Part shown: positions 28,752 to 39,371 of the stretch, in pieces
How positions within the stretch are numbered: position 1 is the stretch's first letter
How the letters are laid out: each line of letters starts with the position of its first letter
Assembly (NCBI GenBank): GCA_035549295.1
Contig: DASZRG010000039.1
Span: forward strand, 31 to 64,030
Direction of reading: 5' to 3'
Source of the DNA: Patescibacteria group bacterium
Lineage (GTDB): Bacteria > Patescibacteriota > Microgenomatia > Levybacterales > GWA1-39-11
DNA: 64,000 nucleotides
Made by a program: the position numbers and the translations under genes
The notes under the pieces: generated by a model
Seen by the model: the letters and a program-made list of their open reading frames with translations, nothing else
What the model was told of the DNA's origin: nothing
The model's database searches: none

Positions 28752-31241
28752 TTAAAAAAGTGAGATTATTCGAGAGAATGCAGTTGTTGCTTTCGCAAAT
28801 GAAAATCTTGATTTTCTGGCCTCAACTTCCTCATAAGCGGTTAGGTAGAAGCTGTTTGCGCTATTTTTCCAGTTAAATTGCTTCGCCCACTCAAAGGCAT
28901 TCTTAGAAGTGGTATTTCTAAAAGATTTGTTTGTCAAAATTTTGTTAAGAGCTGCTGCAAATTCATTAACGTCCCCTACGCGCGCAAGAAGTCCAGTTCG
29001 AGTGTCAATTATCGAATCCCTCAACCCATTTGTGTCAGATGCAACGACAGGAGTCTTACACGCATTTGCCTCGATAACAGTTATTCCCCATCCCTCAACC
29101 TGTGAAGGCTGCACAGCAACCCATGCTTTTGACATAAGCTCGATTTTCTTAGAATTTGTGACTTTACCAAAGAACTTTACTTTTTTGGTAAGACTTTGCT
29201 CTACAACTATATCCCTTAGAATATCTCCCATATCACCTTCGCCTACGATCCAAAATTCAGCATTTTTAAGACGTTTTAGAATTTTTTTGAACGCATGGAT
29301 TGCAACATCGATATTTTTGTATGCCTTGAGTCTGCCAACATACACAACAGATGGGTATGTTGTTTTTTTGTATTTCCTGGAAGGAAGATCAATTCCTGGG
29401 TTGATTATTTGAATATTTGCCTCATTTGCAATTCCATTTTTTACTATTTCCTCTTTTGTCGAGGAAGAAACCGTAATCACTGTTCGGTTGCGATAGACGA
29501 ATGGCATTATTTTGCCCTCGATAAATCTTCCGATATATGAAAGGGGGAACTTCATTTGCGAAATAAACACGTCTTGGTGCACGTGATGGATCAGAAGAAG
29601 CACTGGTTTTGTTGAAAAAAGCGGTGTAAAAAATGGTATTCCATTCTCAGAGTCAACAACTACATCAAAATTTTTTCTAAATTTAAATATGTAGTAAAGC
29701 GCGGCCCAAATATATACCGTGTAAAATCCACCACGTCTTATCACTTTAACTCCATCGACAGTTTGGTTGCGTGCGCTCTTGCGATCATTCCCACAAAATA
29801 AAGTGACCGAATTACCCTCTTTCACCCACTGTTTTGCAAGTTCATGCACATATACTTCTGCGCCCCCTGCCCACATGTGCTTTGTGTCGCGCCAATTAAA
29901 TATCAGAATTCTAAGTCCGCGAGTATTTTTTTGGTTTTTCCATGGCAAAAACGCCTCAAAAAAGTCGTAAAGGTTGATTGCAACTGTTTCATATGTTGAT
30001 TCAAACATATATAAAAGTCCCAAAACAACAAGGTTTACAAAACCCATGACAATCATAACGTTTGCAATAGCAGCCATTGAATTGTGGTAAAGATTTATTC
30101 CAAGAATCTGAACAAGCGCTAGAAGAAAGCTTACAATTGGAAGTAAATGCTTACCTTTGATCTGCTGGAAAGCTACGATATTCGTTGCAATTGTAAAGGC
30201 AACCATAGATAGTGCGTATCCCGAGATTAGTGGCACAATAGGAAGCGCCTTACTTCCAAAAACAAGCGGCATTGTGATAAAACCAAGAGCTCCGAAGAGA
30301 ACATAGGCAGCGAAGCTTGAAACAAATGATGCAGCAAGAAGTTGATAGAAGACTTTTCTCGAGCTTCCACCCGCACCCTCTTTGTGGCTGACTATAGGTA
30401 AAATAAACTGGGCAAATAAATATCCAGCAAAGAAAACCATCTTACCTGAGAGAGATAAAAGTGCATAAAGTCCTGCTTGCTCTTGAGACAAAAAGTGCTT
30501 TGCAAGAACAACGTCAATCGAAAGATAAACAACTGTTGAAATTCGAGTCAAGGCTGAGGACAAATAAAAACCTGCTGGAAATTTTTCTTTTGCTTTAGTT
30601 TTAGCTTTCTCTGGAACTACTTTTACCCTCTGCGCGGCTATTGTAATCAATGAAAATGAAACAAATGTAGAGAAAACTACGGCTGCATATACATACTTCT
30701 CAAAGCCTAAAATAACCAAAACAAATGAAGCAACAAATTTTACAACAGACTCAATTACAGCGATTGTCGCCAAATAGTTAAACTCCAAATTTCCTGTTAG
30801 ATATCCTCCATCAACTGAAGCAACTATCGTGAAGAACCAGATTGGCGTAAATGCCAAGATAGGAAGTACACTTCCAATATTAAAAAAGTTAGCAATTTGT
30901 GAAGCAATAGCGAGCCATGCAACAGTTATAACTACTGCTAAAAGTATTGACCTGCCTCTAAGGTACTTCCAAAACCGCGTCGCAGGCTGCTTATACTTTC
31001 CAAATAAATATGCACTTTTATAAGTAACTGTTTTACCAAGGGCTCCTATTGGAATATCTGACAAGCTCAGGATACTTCCAAACAACGAAATTAAGGCGAA
31101 GTTCTCGATACTTATACTTCTTCCAAGATATGCGTTGTAAAGAAGGTTAAAAAAGTTTGAAAACACAGCTGCGCCGACAAGGTACGCACCTCTCTTTTGT
31201 GTTTTATCAGCATTTAAGATTTTTTTTGCGAATGATTTCAT
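28752..31241 (-). CDS. Wzx-like flippase fused to a GT4 glycosyltransferase
   Basis: About 12 TMs, then FNWRD..H..AGGAE, VGRL..YK, EGWGITVIEANA; start MKSFAKK 1 nt after the upstream stop. Confidence 0.85.
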   Translation of the reverse strand: MKSFAKKILNADKTQKRGAYLVGAAVFSNFFNLLYNAYLGRSISIENFALISLFGSILSLSDIPIGALGKTVTYKSAYLFGKYKQPATRFWKYLRGRSILLAVVITVAWLAIASQIANFFNIGSVLPILAFTPIWFFTIVASVDGGYLTGNLEFNYLATIAVIESVVKFVASFVLVILGFEKYVYAAVVFSTFVSFSLITIAAQRVKVVPEKAKTKAKEKFPAGFYLSSALTRISTVVYLSIDVVLAKHFLSQEQAGLYALLSLSGKMVFFAGYLFAQFILPIVSHKEGAGGSSRKVFYQLLAASFVSSFAAYVLFGALGFITMPLVFGSKALPIVPLISGYALSMVAFTIATNIVAFQQIKGKHLLPIVSFLLALVQILGINLYHNSMAAIANVMIVMGFVNLVVLGLLYMFESTYETVAINLYDFFEAFLPWKNQKNTRGLRILIFNWRDTKHMWAGGAEVYVHELAKQWVKEGNSVTLFCGNDRKSARNQTVDGVKVIRRGGFYTVYIWAALYYIFKFRKNFDVVVDSENGIPFFTPLFSTKPVLLLIHHVHQDVFISQMKFPLSYIGRFIEGKIMPFVYRNRTVITVSSSTKEEIVKNGIANEANIQIINPGIDLPSRKYKKTTYPSVVYVGRLKAYKNIDVAIHAFKKILKRLKNAEFWIVGEGDMGDILRDIVVEQSLTKKVKFFGKVTNSKKIELMSKAWVAVQPSQVEGWGITVIEANACKTPVVASDTNGLRDSIIDTRTGLLARVGDVNEFAAALNKILTNKSFRNTTSKNAFEWAKQFNWKNSANSFYLTAYEEVEARKSRFSFAKATTAFSRIISLF

Positions 31242-31242
31242 A

Positions 31243-33603
31243 TTAGATAAGAACGGACATAGCGAATTTAAGCGGCTTTTCAAAAGTTCTCCATCCAAAA
31301 TTACCAACGACATAAACAGCACGCACAGGTGCAGCTGCAACGCTTCTAACACTAATGCTTGGAAGTGCAGGAATATCAATCCAACCAAAAGTTTTTCTAG
31401 GTTGTTCGTCGACCTTCTTCTCAGGTTTCGCAGCAACTACCTGAGGCTTGGTCTTGAGAAGATGCAATCCGTGAACAGTCTTCTCCCAGTAATGAGGTTT
31501 GAAAAGAAGCTGGTACAATGCAATAAACGCTGAAATACTTATCATGATCCAGTAAATCGGGATCAAGTAAACATATTTCATGAGACTCCACTGACCCTTT
31601 TTTGCAACTCCGATCATGTAGTAATACAAGAACATGAAATTACCAAACACGAGTGAAAATACAGCCATATAGAAAACTGCGCTTGGGTAAAGAGCTTCAA
31701 TTTGTGGCCCTACGTAAGCATAGAGCGCAAAATATGCAATTGTTGCAAGCCATAAGAATGGATTTATCAAGACGAATGCAATTTTTCCACCGATAAGAAG
31801 CTGGAACATCAGTGAATGCTTCTGGGTCATTCTTGATTCGGATGGTCTCGTGTGAACGAGATATGTCTGCATGTAACCCTTGATCCATCTAGACCTTTGT
31901 CGCAACCAGTTACCAAAGCGGCTATTTGCTTCCTCAAGTGTTACAGAATCAATAATCGCAGTTTTAAAACCCTTCTTAAAAAGCCTTACACCAAGATCGG
32001 CGTCTTCAGTAACATTGAACGGATCCCATCCTTCAACGGCGCGAAGACTTTCTATCTTAAAGTGATTTGACGTACCACCAAGAGGAATAGTCGTATCGAC
32101 CGACTGTAATCCAGTAAGTGTTACATCAAACCAAAGCGAATATTCGGCTGTAAAGAATCGAGTTAGTAAATTTTGGTTAGGGTTGTAATAATTAAGTTTT
32201 GCCTGAAGACAAATAGTCTCGGCTGATACTTTCGAAAAGGCAACATATGCTTTTTTAAGCTGAAGTGGGTCAGGCATATCCTCAGCATCATAAATAACCA
32301 AATATTCACCCTTTGCATGCGATAGACCATAATTACAAGCCTTTGGTTTTGTTTTTGGTGCGGAATCAGGAACTATAAGAGTTCTTACGTATGATGGTAA
32401 GCTCATTTTTTTAACTGCCTCAATTGACTCTTGGTCGTCTGCTTCAAGAAGCAAGATCACGTCTAGTTTTTTCTTAGGCCATGAAATCTTTTCTATGGCG
32501 CTCATAAACTGAGGTATAACGTGAGCCTCTTTATATAGCGGACATAAAATCGTGTAGATCGGTAGATCACGATCATTAAGTCTTGCAATCTCGCTTTTTG
32601 TCGATGTAATCTCCTGTGGGTGTGCCAAACTTTTACCGATAAGGTACATGTTGAAAAGTACGTCGGCAAAATAAATCGAAGACAAGGTTGCAACTACGAT
32701 CTGTAAAGTTAGCTTTGTATTAATGTAAAGCCCAAGTAAAACGTCAAGAATTATAAGTCCTGAGATGATCTTTTGAGCAAGTGTAAACGTCGTAAGAGCT
32801 GATGCATCATGCTTTATCGTTGTGTGCGTTGTGTACTTTCTTTGTTTGTATCCAATACCCGCACCAACCATAGCCTGTCCAGTAGGCGCAAAATGAATAG
32901 GTTCTATTTTTTTCGCACGAACTCTTATTGCATTTATTCCTATCTCAAGAGTCTGTTTAACAAAGTTCATCTTTGACTCGCCATTTACACGAGGAGCAAA
33001 AGTAATATTCTGGTTGACTATCTTGAATCCCGCCTCTTTTGCACGGTGAAGAAATTCAAGATCAAAAGTCCAAGGAGACGTTGGGTCAAACTTGACAGAA
33101 TCAACAACTTCTTTTTTGAAAAGCTTCAAACCTGACTGGATATCATGTTTTAAGTTAAATAGAGTGCTTCCGAAGACAAATCGAAACACACGGCTAAAAA
33201 CTCTTCTCGAAACGGAATCTTGGTAATTCTTCCTGTTTGTGACAACAATATCTGCAGTATTTAACTTTTCAATCATTTCAGGCAACGCCTCAGGCGGATA
33301 TTGCAAGTCAGCATCAATCATCGCAACGCTTTCGTATTTCGCGTGACGCATACCCTCATAAATTGAATATGACTTACCTTTTTTACCCTGCTTGAGAAAA
33401 TATGAGACAGGATAAAACATCGCCATAGCAGAAATAGCTGAAAGCGTACTGTCTGTTGAATGATCATCAATGAAGATGATTTCGTATTTTATATTTCTTT
33501 TTGACAAAGTTTTGTGAACGCGCTTTATAAGATTCTCAACGCTTCCTTCTTCGTTGTATGTTGGAACGATAATTGAAACTGATTTTTTAAGTGTTTTACC
33601 CAT
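31243..33603 (-). CDS. Dpm1-like GT2 fused to a processive cellulose-synthase-like GT2
   Basis: VPTYNE, IDDHSTD, DADLQYPP; then TKPKACNYG, YDAED, TEDAD, QRSRW. Confidence 0.88.
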   Translation of the reverse strand: MGKTLKKSVSIIVPTYNEEGSVENLIKRVHKTLSKRNIKYEIIFIDDHSTDSTLSAISAMAMFYPVSYFLKQGKKGKSYSIYEGMRHAKYESVAMIDADLQYPPEALPEMIEKLNTADIVVTNRKNYQDSVSRRVFSRVFRFVFGSTLFNLKHDIQSGLKLFKKEVVDSVKFDPTSPWTFDLEFLHRAKEAGFKIVNQNITFAPRVNGESKMNFVKQTLEIGINAIRVRAKKIEPIHFAPTGQAMVGAGIGYKQRKYTTHTTIKHDASALTTFTLAQKIISGLIILDVLLGLYINTKLTLQIVVATLSSIYFADVLFNMYLIGKSLAHPQEITSTKSEIARLNDRDLPIYTILCPLYKEAHVIPQFMSAIEKISWPKKKLDVILLLEADDQESIEAVKKMSLPSYVRTLIVPDSAPKTKPKACNYGLSHAKGEYLVIYDAEDMPDPLQLKKAYVAFSKVSAETICLQAKLNYYNPNQNLLTRFFTAEYSLWFDVTLTGLQSVDTTIPLGGTSNHFKIESLRAVEGWDPFNVTEDADLGVRLFKKGFKTAIIDSVTLEEANSRFGNWLRQRSRWIKGYMQTYLVHTRPSESRMTQKHSLMFQLLIGGKIAFVLINPFLWLATIAYFALYAYVGPQIEALYPSAVFYMAVFSLVFGNFMFLYYYMIGVAKKGQWSLMKYVYLIPIYWIMISISAFIALYQLLFKPHYWEKTVHGLHLLKTKPQVVAAKPEKKVDEQPRKTFGWIDIPALPSISVRSVAAAPVRAVYVVGNFGWRTFEKPLKFAMSVLI

Positions 33604-33605
33604 AG

Positions 33606-33806
33606 TTATTTATTTTTTTTGTTTTTTACAATATGGAATTCGATGAATTTAGAAAGAGAGGATTTTCCGATACGGTAGTGACCGCCAAATTCAATGGCTT
33701 CAAGTTTTTGAGCTCTGATATACTTATATATAGTGAGCTCGGATAGCTTCAAGAGATTCGAGACGTCCTTAACAGTAAGGAAGTCGTTTTCGTTATAATA
33801 TCTCAT
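33606..33806 (-). CDS. HTH_17 (excisionase/MerR-like) DNA-binding protein heading the glycan operon
   Basis: LTVKDVSNLLKLSELTIYKYIR..KL.A..FGGHYRI. Confidence 0.8.
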   Translation of the reverse strand: MRYYNENDFLTVKDVSNLLKLSELTIYKYIRAQKLEAIEFGGHYRIGKSSLSKFIEFHIVKNKKNK

Positions 33807-34036
33807 AGTTTTGGCAAGAATTGTCATATATACCACACTTTTCTCACCTTGTCAATACTATGAGTTACTTTTGTAGGCTATTTTGTTATCTTATAATCTG
33901 CAATTAATCTGAGTTATATTGGGTGATATGAGGTGATGTTGAGTAGTATTTGTCGAAAGTATCACAAGATAGAGATTGCGAATAATGAATAAAGAAGAAT
34001 GAATAATGAAAATGCGATAACTCGTTAACACGCCCA

Positions 34037-34110
34037 CTAGCTATTAGCGTTTAGCAGTTAGCTTTTAGTTAAGAATACCTACCAACCCCCAAGCGCCAAC
34101 CGCCAACCCC
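34037..34110. repeat. 7-nt-period ladder hairpin element, copy B
   Basis: CTAGCTA TTAGCGT TTAGCAG TTAGCTT TTAG ... CCAACCC CCAAGCG CCAACCG CCAACCC; shares CTACCAACCCCCAAG with copy A. Confidence 0.7.
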
Positions 34111-34187
34111 TTACACCTGATACCCGTTTTGGGCGATCTGTTATAATATAGGTCAGCACCGCATTCGCCCATCGCGGTGTTTTATTT

Positions 34188-36002
34188 ATGATAAATATAC
34201 GAAACGTTGCCATTATTGCTCACGTTGACCATGGAAAAACAACCTTGGTTGATGCGCTTCTTAAACAGTCAAAGACGAAGATGCATAAGGATACCGCGGA
34301 ATCCCTTATCATGGACTCAAATGAGCTCGAGCAGGAGCGTGGTATAACCATTTTTTCTAAAAATGCGTCAGTCGTTTTCAACGATACAAAGATAAATATT
34401 ATTGACACCCCAGGCCATGCCGATTTTGGCGGAGAAGTCGAGCGTGTATTAAAAATGGCAGATGGGTGTCTATTGTTGATAGACGCCAAAGAAGGGCCTA
34501 TGCCACAGACTCGTTTTGTTCTCAAGAAGGCTCTTGAAATGAAACATAAGATAATAGTCGTTGTTAACAAAATAGACAAGCCAGACGCAAGAATTCACCA
34601 TGTACTTGATAAGACCCTTGAGCTCTTTTTTGATCTAGGTGCGGATGATGAGGCTGCCGACTTTCCTATAGTCTACGCATCGGCCAAAAACGGCGTCGCC
34701 GGGCTTGAGCCTGATATATCTACGATGTCTGACATAACTCCCGTTTTTGATGCCATTTTGAGCCAAATCCCGGCTCCTACAGGAGATCCTGAAAAACCGC
34801 TTCAAATGCTTGTCACAACACTCTCCTCAGACTCTCACCTTGGGAGAATTGCTATAGGGCGCGTCTATAATGGCCGCATGCGTCAGAGCCAGGAAATCGC
34901 CCAGATTACACGTGAAGGTAATATCAATAAATTCAAGGTAACGTCCCTCATGACCTTTGAAGGTCTAGATCGAGTAACAACCGAAGAGATTAGCGCAGGA
35001 GACATAGTCGCAGTTGCTGGGGTTGCGGATCCTGTCATCGGAGAGACAATTGCCGACCTTCAGAATCCGATTGCGCTTCCGCTTCTTAATATTGAAGAGC
35101 CTACAATTCGTGTAACATTTACGGTTAACAGTTCACCATTTGGTGGTCGTGAAGGTGAATTTAAGACTTCAAGACAGATTGAGGAGAGACTATATAAAGA
35201 GCTAGAGACAGATATGGCGCTACGAGTTGAAAACAATCCCTCGGGTGGATGGACAGTGTCTGGACGTGGAGAGCTTCATTTGGCCATACTCATGGAACGA
35301 ATGAGGCGCGAAGGATATGAATTCCAAGTCGCAAGACCTCAAGTTATTGACCGAGTAATTGATGGTAAGACACTTACGCCGTACGAAAAAGTCTACATCG
35401 AAGTGCCTGAGGAATTTTCGGGAGCGGTTATCCAAAAAATGGGGGAGAGACGCGGAGATTTGAAGGATATGAAAAATGAAAATGGGATAGCATTCATGGA
35501 ATTTGTTATCTCAACTCGTGGTTTATTTGGTTACAGAAGTGAGTTTGTAACCGACACACGAGGTCTGGGAATAATTAACACTCTCTTTTTCGAATACGCT
35601 CCGGATAATGGATTCTCTTATGAGCGCCAACAAGGCTCCATCACAGCATTTGAAACAGGAGTTTCAAATGGTTATGCGATTACGAGCGCCCAAGACCGCG
35701 GTCAACTCTTTATAGGACCTGCTGAAAACGTATATAAAGGTCAAGTTATAGGCCAGAATGCTAGAAGCGAAGATATATCTATTAATATATGTAAAACAAA
35801 AAACCTCACTAATATGAGATCGAAAGGTGAAGGCGTGAATGTCCACGTGAAAGCGCCTCGTCGCATGGGTTTAGAAGACGCATTGGAATATATAGCGGAT
35901 GATGAGCTTGTTGAAATCACTCCAAAGAGCATCCGCATACGAAAAGTAATTCTCGATGAGAATGAAGCACGCCGCCTCAGATCGCAGGGAAAACAAGTAT
36001 AA
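34188..36002 (+). CDS. typA: Translational GTPase TypA/BipA
   Basis: IAHVDHGKTT, ERGITI, DTPGHADFGGEVER, NKID, GRGELHL, KNLTNMRS. Confidence 0.97.
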   Translation: MINIRNVAIIAHVDHGKTTLVDALLKQSKTKMHKDTAESLIMDSNELEQERGITIFSKNASVVFNDTKINIIDTPGHADFGGEVERVLKMADGCLLLIDAKEGPMPQTRFVLKKALEMKHKIIVVVNKIDKPDARIHHVLDKTLELFFDLGADDEAADFPIVYASAKNGVAGLEPDISTMSDITPVFDAILSQIPAPTGDPEKPLQMLVTTLSSDSHLGRIAIGRVYNGRMRQSQEIAQITREGNINKFKVTSLMTFEGLDRVTTEEISAGDIVAVAGVADPVIGETIADLQNPIALPLLNIEEPTIRVTFTVNSSPFGGREGEFKTSRQIEERLYKELETDMALRVENNPSGGWTVSGRGELHLAILMERMRREGYEFQVARPQVIDRVIDGKTLTPYEKVYIEVPEEFSGAVIQKMGERRGDLKDMKNENGIAFMEFVISTRGLFGYRSEFVTDTRGLGIINTLFFEYAPDNGFSYERQQGSITAFETGVSNGYAITSAQDRGQLFIGPAENVYKGQVIGQNARSEDISINICKTKNLTNMRSKGEGVNVHVKAPRRMGLEDALEYIADDELVEITPKSIRIRKVILDENEARRLRSQGKQV

Positions 36003-36293
36003 AGTATTAAGCAATTACTTTTTAGTGATTAAGACTAAAGGAATTAGTGATTAAGATAATTGACTAATCACTTTAATCTTTTAATCCTAATCACTAGTAG
36101 AGACTTCTAGTATCTCGCATTCTCTTTATTAATTTAACCTAGTACATAAGGACCTAGTACTTAGTGCGCAGTTAAGTACAATAATTAACTACGAACTATG
36201 TTCTATTTCCTGCGTACTAGAGAGTTGCTCTTGATACTTTTGATACCCTTCACTATACTCTCCTTATACTTATCCGAGAGGAGGTGATATTAG

Positions 36294-36503
36294 ATGAAAA
36301 TACTACACATCGCTTCATACATTTTAGTCTTTATCGGCGGTCTTAACTGGGGGCTTATGGGATTGTTCAATCTTAATTTAGTCGACGCATTGATTGGCTC
36401 AGCTCCTCAGGTTGAGAAAATCGTATATATCTTGGTAGGTGTTGCTACAATATATTTGATCGCAACTCACAAGACATACTGTAAATACTGCAGTACAAAA
36501 TAG
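36294..36503 (+). CDS. DUF378 small membrane protein
   Basis: IGGLNWGL.GLF..NLV, YILVG; AGGAGGTG Shine-Dalgarno. Confidence 0.88.
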   Translation: MKILHIASYILVFIGGLNWGLMGLFNLNLVDALIGSAPQVEKIVYILVGVATIYLIATHKTYCKYCSTK

Positions 36504-36543
36504 CTTTCCAAAGTAATATAATTGTAGCCAGTTTTATTACGCT

Positions 36544-37446
36544 ATGGCAAGGAAGCGCAAAATAGACGAAAAAGGTTCTTCGTATTATTATTATCTTGGT
36601 ATCGTTATTGGTTTGATCATTGTTGTATGCTTCTCTCTTTTATTCATAACCAAACTCTCGGAGAGAAAAGCTCGCTTGTATTTCGCACTACGTAGTCAAC
36701 CAACTTTAATTACATTCAATAATCCACGAAATTTTAACATTCCTATACTTCTTTACCACTACATAGAAATTGTGCAGGATCAGAATGATACTATAAGAAA
36801 ATCCCTAAACATCCTTCCTTATACTTTTGAAAATCAGGTTTCAACCCTCAAAAATGCAGGCTATACATTTCTAACTCCCGCCGATATTAATTCTATTCTT
36901 GAGAACCATATGAGTATCCCCAAAAAACCAGTCATACTCTCCTTCGATGATGGGTATGGAGATTTTTATACAGACGTGTTACCTATTCTAAAAAAATACA
37001 AGGTTCGCGCTGTGGAATATGTTATCTCTGGCTTTTTGGACCACCCTAATTATATGACTCGAGATCAGGTACGGGAAGTTATAGACAGCAAATTGGTAGA
37101 AATCGGCTGTCATACAGTAGACCATCCTGCACTTAAAACGGTTTCAGCAGAAGATGCTACGCGAGAGATAGAGGGTTGCGAGGAGGATATAAATCGAGAT
37201 TTTGGATTCAGACCTGTTTCATTTGCGTATCCTTATGGCTCATATGCCGATTTTCTTTTTCCGATTCTAGCAAAGGCTGGTCTTAAAAATGCAGTAACTA
37301 CAGATTCAGGGACAGAAATTGCATCAACAAGTCTTTATGCAATACCAAGAATAAGGCCTGGAGAAAGAGTAGGGATTGAACTGCTAACTTACCTTACGAG
37401 CGAAATCGCCCATATCCAAAAGGACCTATCGATCGTCGTAAGATAA
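36544..37446 (+). CDS. Membrane-anchored polysaccharide deacetylase (CE4, IcaB/PgaB-like)
   Basis: PILLYH, SFDDGY, GCHTVDH, FAYPYG. Confidence 0.88.
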   Translation: MARKRKIDEKGSSYYYYLGIVIGLIIVVCFSLLFITKLSERKARLYFALRSQPTLITFNNPRNFNIPILLYHYIEIVQDQNDTIRKSLNILPYTFENQVSTLKNAGYTFLTPADINSILENHMSIPKKPVILSFDDGYGDFYTDVLPILKKYKVRAVEYVISGFLDHPNYMTRDQVREVIDSKLVEIGCHTVDHPALKTVSAEDATREIEGCEEDINRDFGFRPVSFAYPYGSYADFLFPILAKAGLKNAVTTDSGTEIASTSLYAIPRIRPGERVGIELLTYLTSEIAHIQKDLSIVVR

Positions 37447-37674
37447 AGAATGTATCACGAGTTTAATACTACAAATAAGCAAAGTTCAATTAAGCAAATT
37501 AATCTATAAATGAATCAATGGATAAATTTATATTTAGAATTTTATACATTTAACAATTTAGAATTCATTTGAACTTTATCATTTGCATATTTGATTACTA
37601 AGATTGGCAGTGTTACCCATCTTAACTTTCTCCCCCGCACCTTTTCCAAAACCCTAGTATCTAATATCTAGTTT

Positions 37675-37902
37675 CTAGTCCCGCGTCTTACGTTTGTCGA
37701 CCTCTCCTTTGAGTATCTTAGTTACCCGTTCAAAATCTTCTTTTCTCACGTTCAATCTAAATCTCGCCGGCACACCATATTTCTGGATAGGAACACCTTC
37801 GAAATTATCCTCGCTTATGGACGTTTCAACTCCTAACTTTTTCAAAACTTCTTGAGCCCTTTCCGCCTCTATCCTCGTCCTAAATATCCGTATCCACACC
37901 AT
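37675..37902 (-). CDS. DUF2007-like putative signal-transducing protein
   Basis: F.TRIEAE.A..VL...G.....; RLNV..ED.ER...IL. Confidence 0.65.
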   Translation of the reverse strand: MVWIRIFRTRIEAERAQEVLKKLGVETSISEDNFEGVPIQKYGVPARFRLNVRKEDFERVTKILKGEVDKRKTRD

Positions 37903-37991
37903 AGAGAAATTATATCACCCCCCAACCTCCCAAACTTCCCCAACTACCCTAACTCTTGAAAATAACCTCTTCGGAAATGTAGAATCATAAT

Positions 37992-39212
37992 ATGCTGGTG
38001 AGACGTATCAAAAACATCGCACATGGTGTTGAAGCGGAACTCGCAAATGCAATCTACGGATTTGGAAGAAAACAAATTCCAACAATTGGTGTCACCGGCA
38101 CAGATGGTAAGACGACTACAACTAGCCTTATATTTCATATTTTAAAAACGGCAGGATTTAATCCCGCTATGGTAACAACAGTCGGAGCACAAATTGGCGA
38201 CACAACATATGAAACAGGACTTCACACTACAACACCGTCACCGTTTGCTTTACAGAAATATATCAAGAAAGCATCGGATGCTAACTGTGACTATCTAGTT
38301 TTGGAAGTTACATCTCACTCGCTTGACCAGAATAGAACTCGAGGCGTTGACTTCAAAATAGGAGTGCTCACCAATATCACACATGAACATCTAGATTACC
38401 ACGGAACTTACGAAAAATATGCTAGAACAAAAGGGAGACTATTCAAGCGATCTGATATTTCACTTATTAACAAAGACGATGACTCATATAAATTGCTTAA
38501 GCCACTCCTCTCAAACAGAAATGTACTCACATACTCCATAAAAGGTCCCGCTGATTATACGAGTAAGTCAGTGGGGATTAAATTTCCAGGTGAGTACGAT
38601 TTTAATTATGAAAATTTTTTAGCAGCCGTCTCGACTGCCGAGATTTTGGGGATAAAAAAAGAAATGGTACAGAAAGCTTTAGAGACATTTAAATTTCCCA
38701 AAGGCAGACAAGAAATTGTTTATGACCGTGATTTTCGGGTGATTATAGACTTTGCCCACACCCCAAATTCATTTGAACGGATTTTGCCTACGTTAAAGAA
38801 AAATACGAAAGGAAGACTAATTCATATTTTTGGCGCTGCGAGCAAGAGAGACGCTACCAAGCGTCCTCTCATGGGCCATGCATCAGCTTCCCATTCAGAT
38901 ATCATTATTTTGACAGCAGAAGATAGTCGAAACGAAAAAGTTCTTGATATTAACACCCAAATCAAACTCGGCATAACGGGATTTGAAGAGATTGATACCG
39001 AAGAGGCAATTCAGAAGAACAAAAAATTGCTTTTTGAAATATCAGATCGCGCGCGGGCGATTGAGTTTGCCGTTTCGATTGCCCAAACAGGTGACACAGT
39101 TGCTATTACTGGAAAAGGGCATGAACAATCCATGAATCTAGGACACGGTGAAATCCCCTGGAGCGACCACGAAGCCGTTGAAAAAGCAATCAAATTAAAG
39201 TTAACGAGTTAA
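37992..39212 (+). CDS. murE: UDP-N-acetylmuramoyl-dipeptide amino-acid ligase MurE
   Basis: GVTGTDGKTTT, HTTTP, EVTSH, TNITHEHLDYH, DFAHTP, GKGHE. Confidence 0.88.
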   Translation: MLVRRIKNIAHGVEAELANAIYGFGRKQIPTIGVTGTDGKTTTTSLIFHILKTAGFNPAMVTTVGAQIGDTTYETGLHTTTPSPFALQKYIKKASDANCDYLVLEVTSHSLDQNRTRGVDFKIGVLTNITHEHLDYHGTYEKYARTKGRLFKRSDISLINKDDDSYKLLKPLLSNRNVLTYSIKGPADYTSKSVGIKFPGEYDFNYENFLAAVSTAEILGIKKEMVQKALETFKFPKGRQEIVYDRDFRVIIDFAHTPNSFERILPTLKKNTKGRLIHIFGAASKRDATKRPLMGHASASHSDIIILTAEDSRNEKVLDINTQIKLGITGFEEIDTEEAIQKNKKLLFEISDRARAIEFAVSIAQTGDTVAITGKGHEQSMNLGHGEIPWSDHEAVEKAIKLKLTS

Positions 39213-39371
39213 CGCGTTTGCGTGTTAACGAGTTCAATATTTAAAAATTCCAAATTTCTAATAGCTAGTTACTAATCAAGTTTTAATAAATTAACAAATT
39301 ATCAATTTCTATTTTTTAGAAATTAAAAATTAGTAATTAGAAATTCCAACGATGCTCTGATACCCTATGAC

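Noticed and set aside
31241-31436. N-terminal extensions in the ORF track (also 24154, 25682, 20908, 17222, 46301, 52267, 55429, 55838, 58460, 63762)
   Set aside because: They overlap neighbouring genes or promoters; downstream ATGs fit translational coupling, an SD or -10 spacing better
33606-33806. Prophage or ICE suggested by the excisionase-like gene
   Set aside because: No integrase, att pair or phage genes; the gene is coupled to the GT operon
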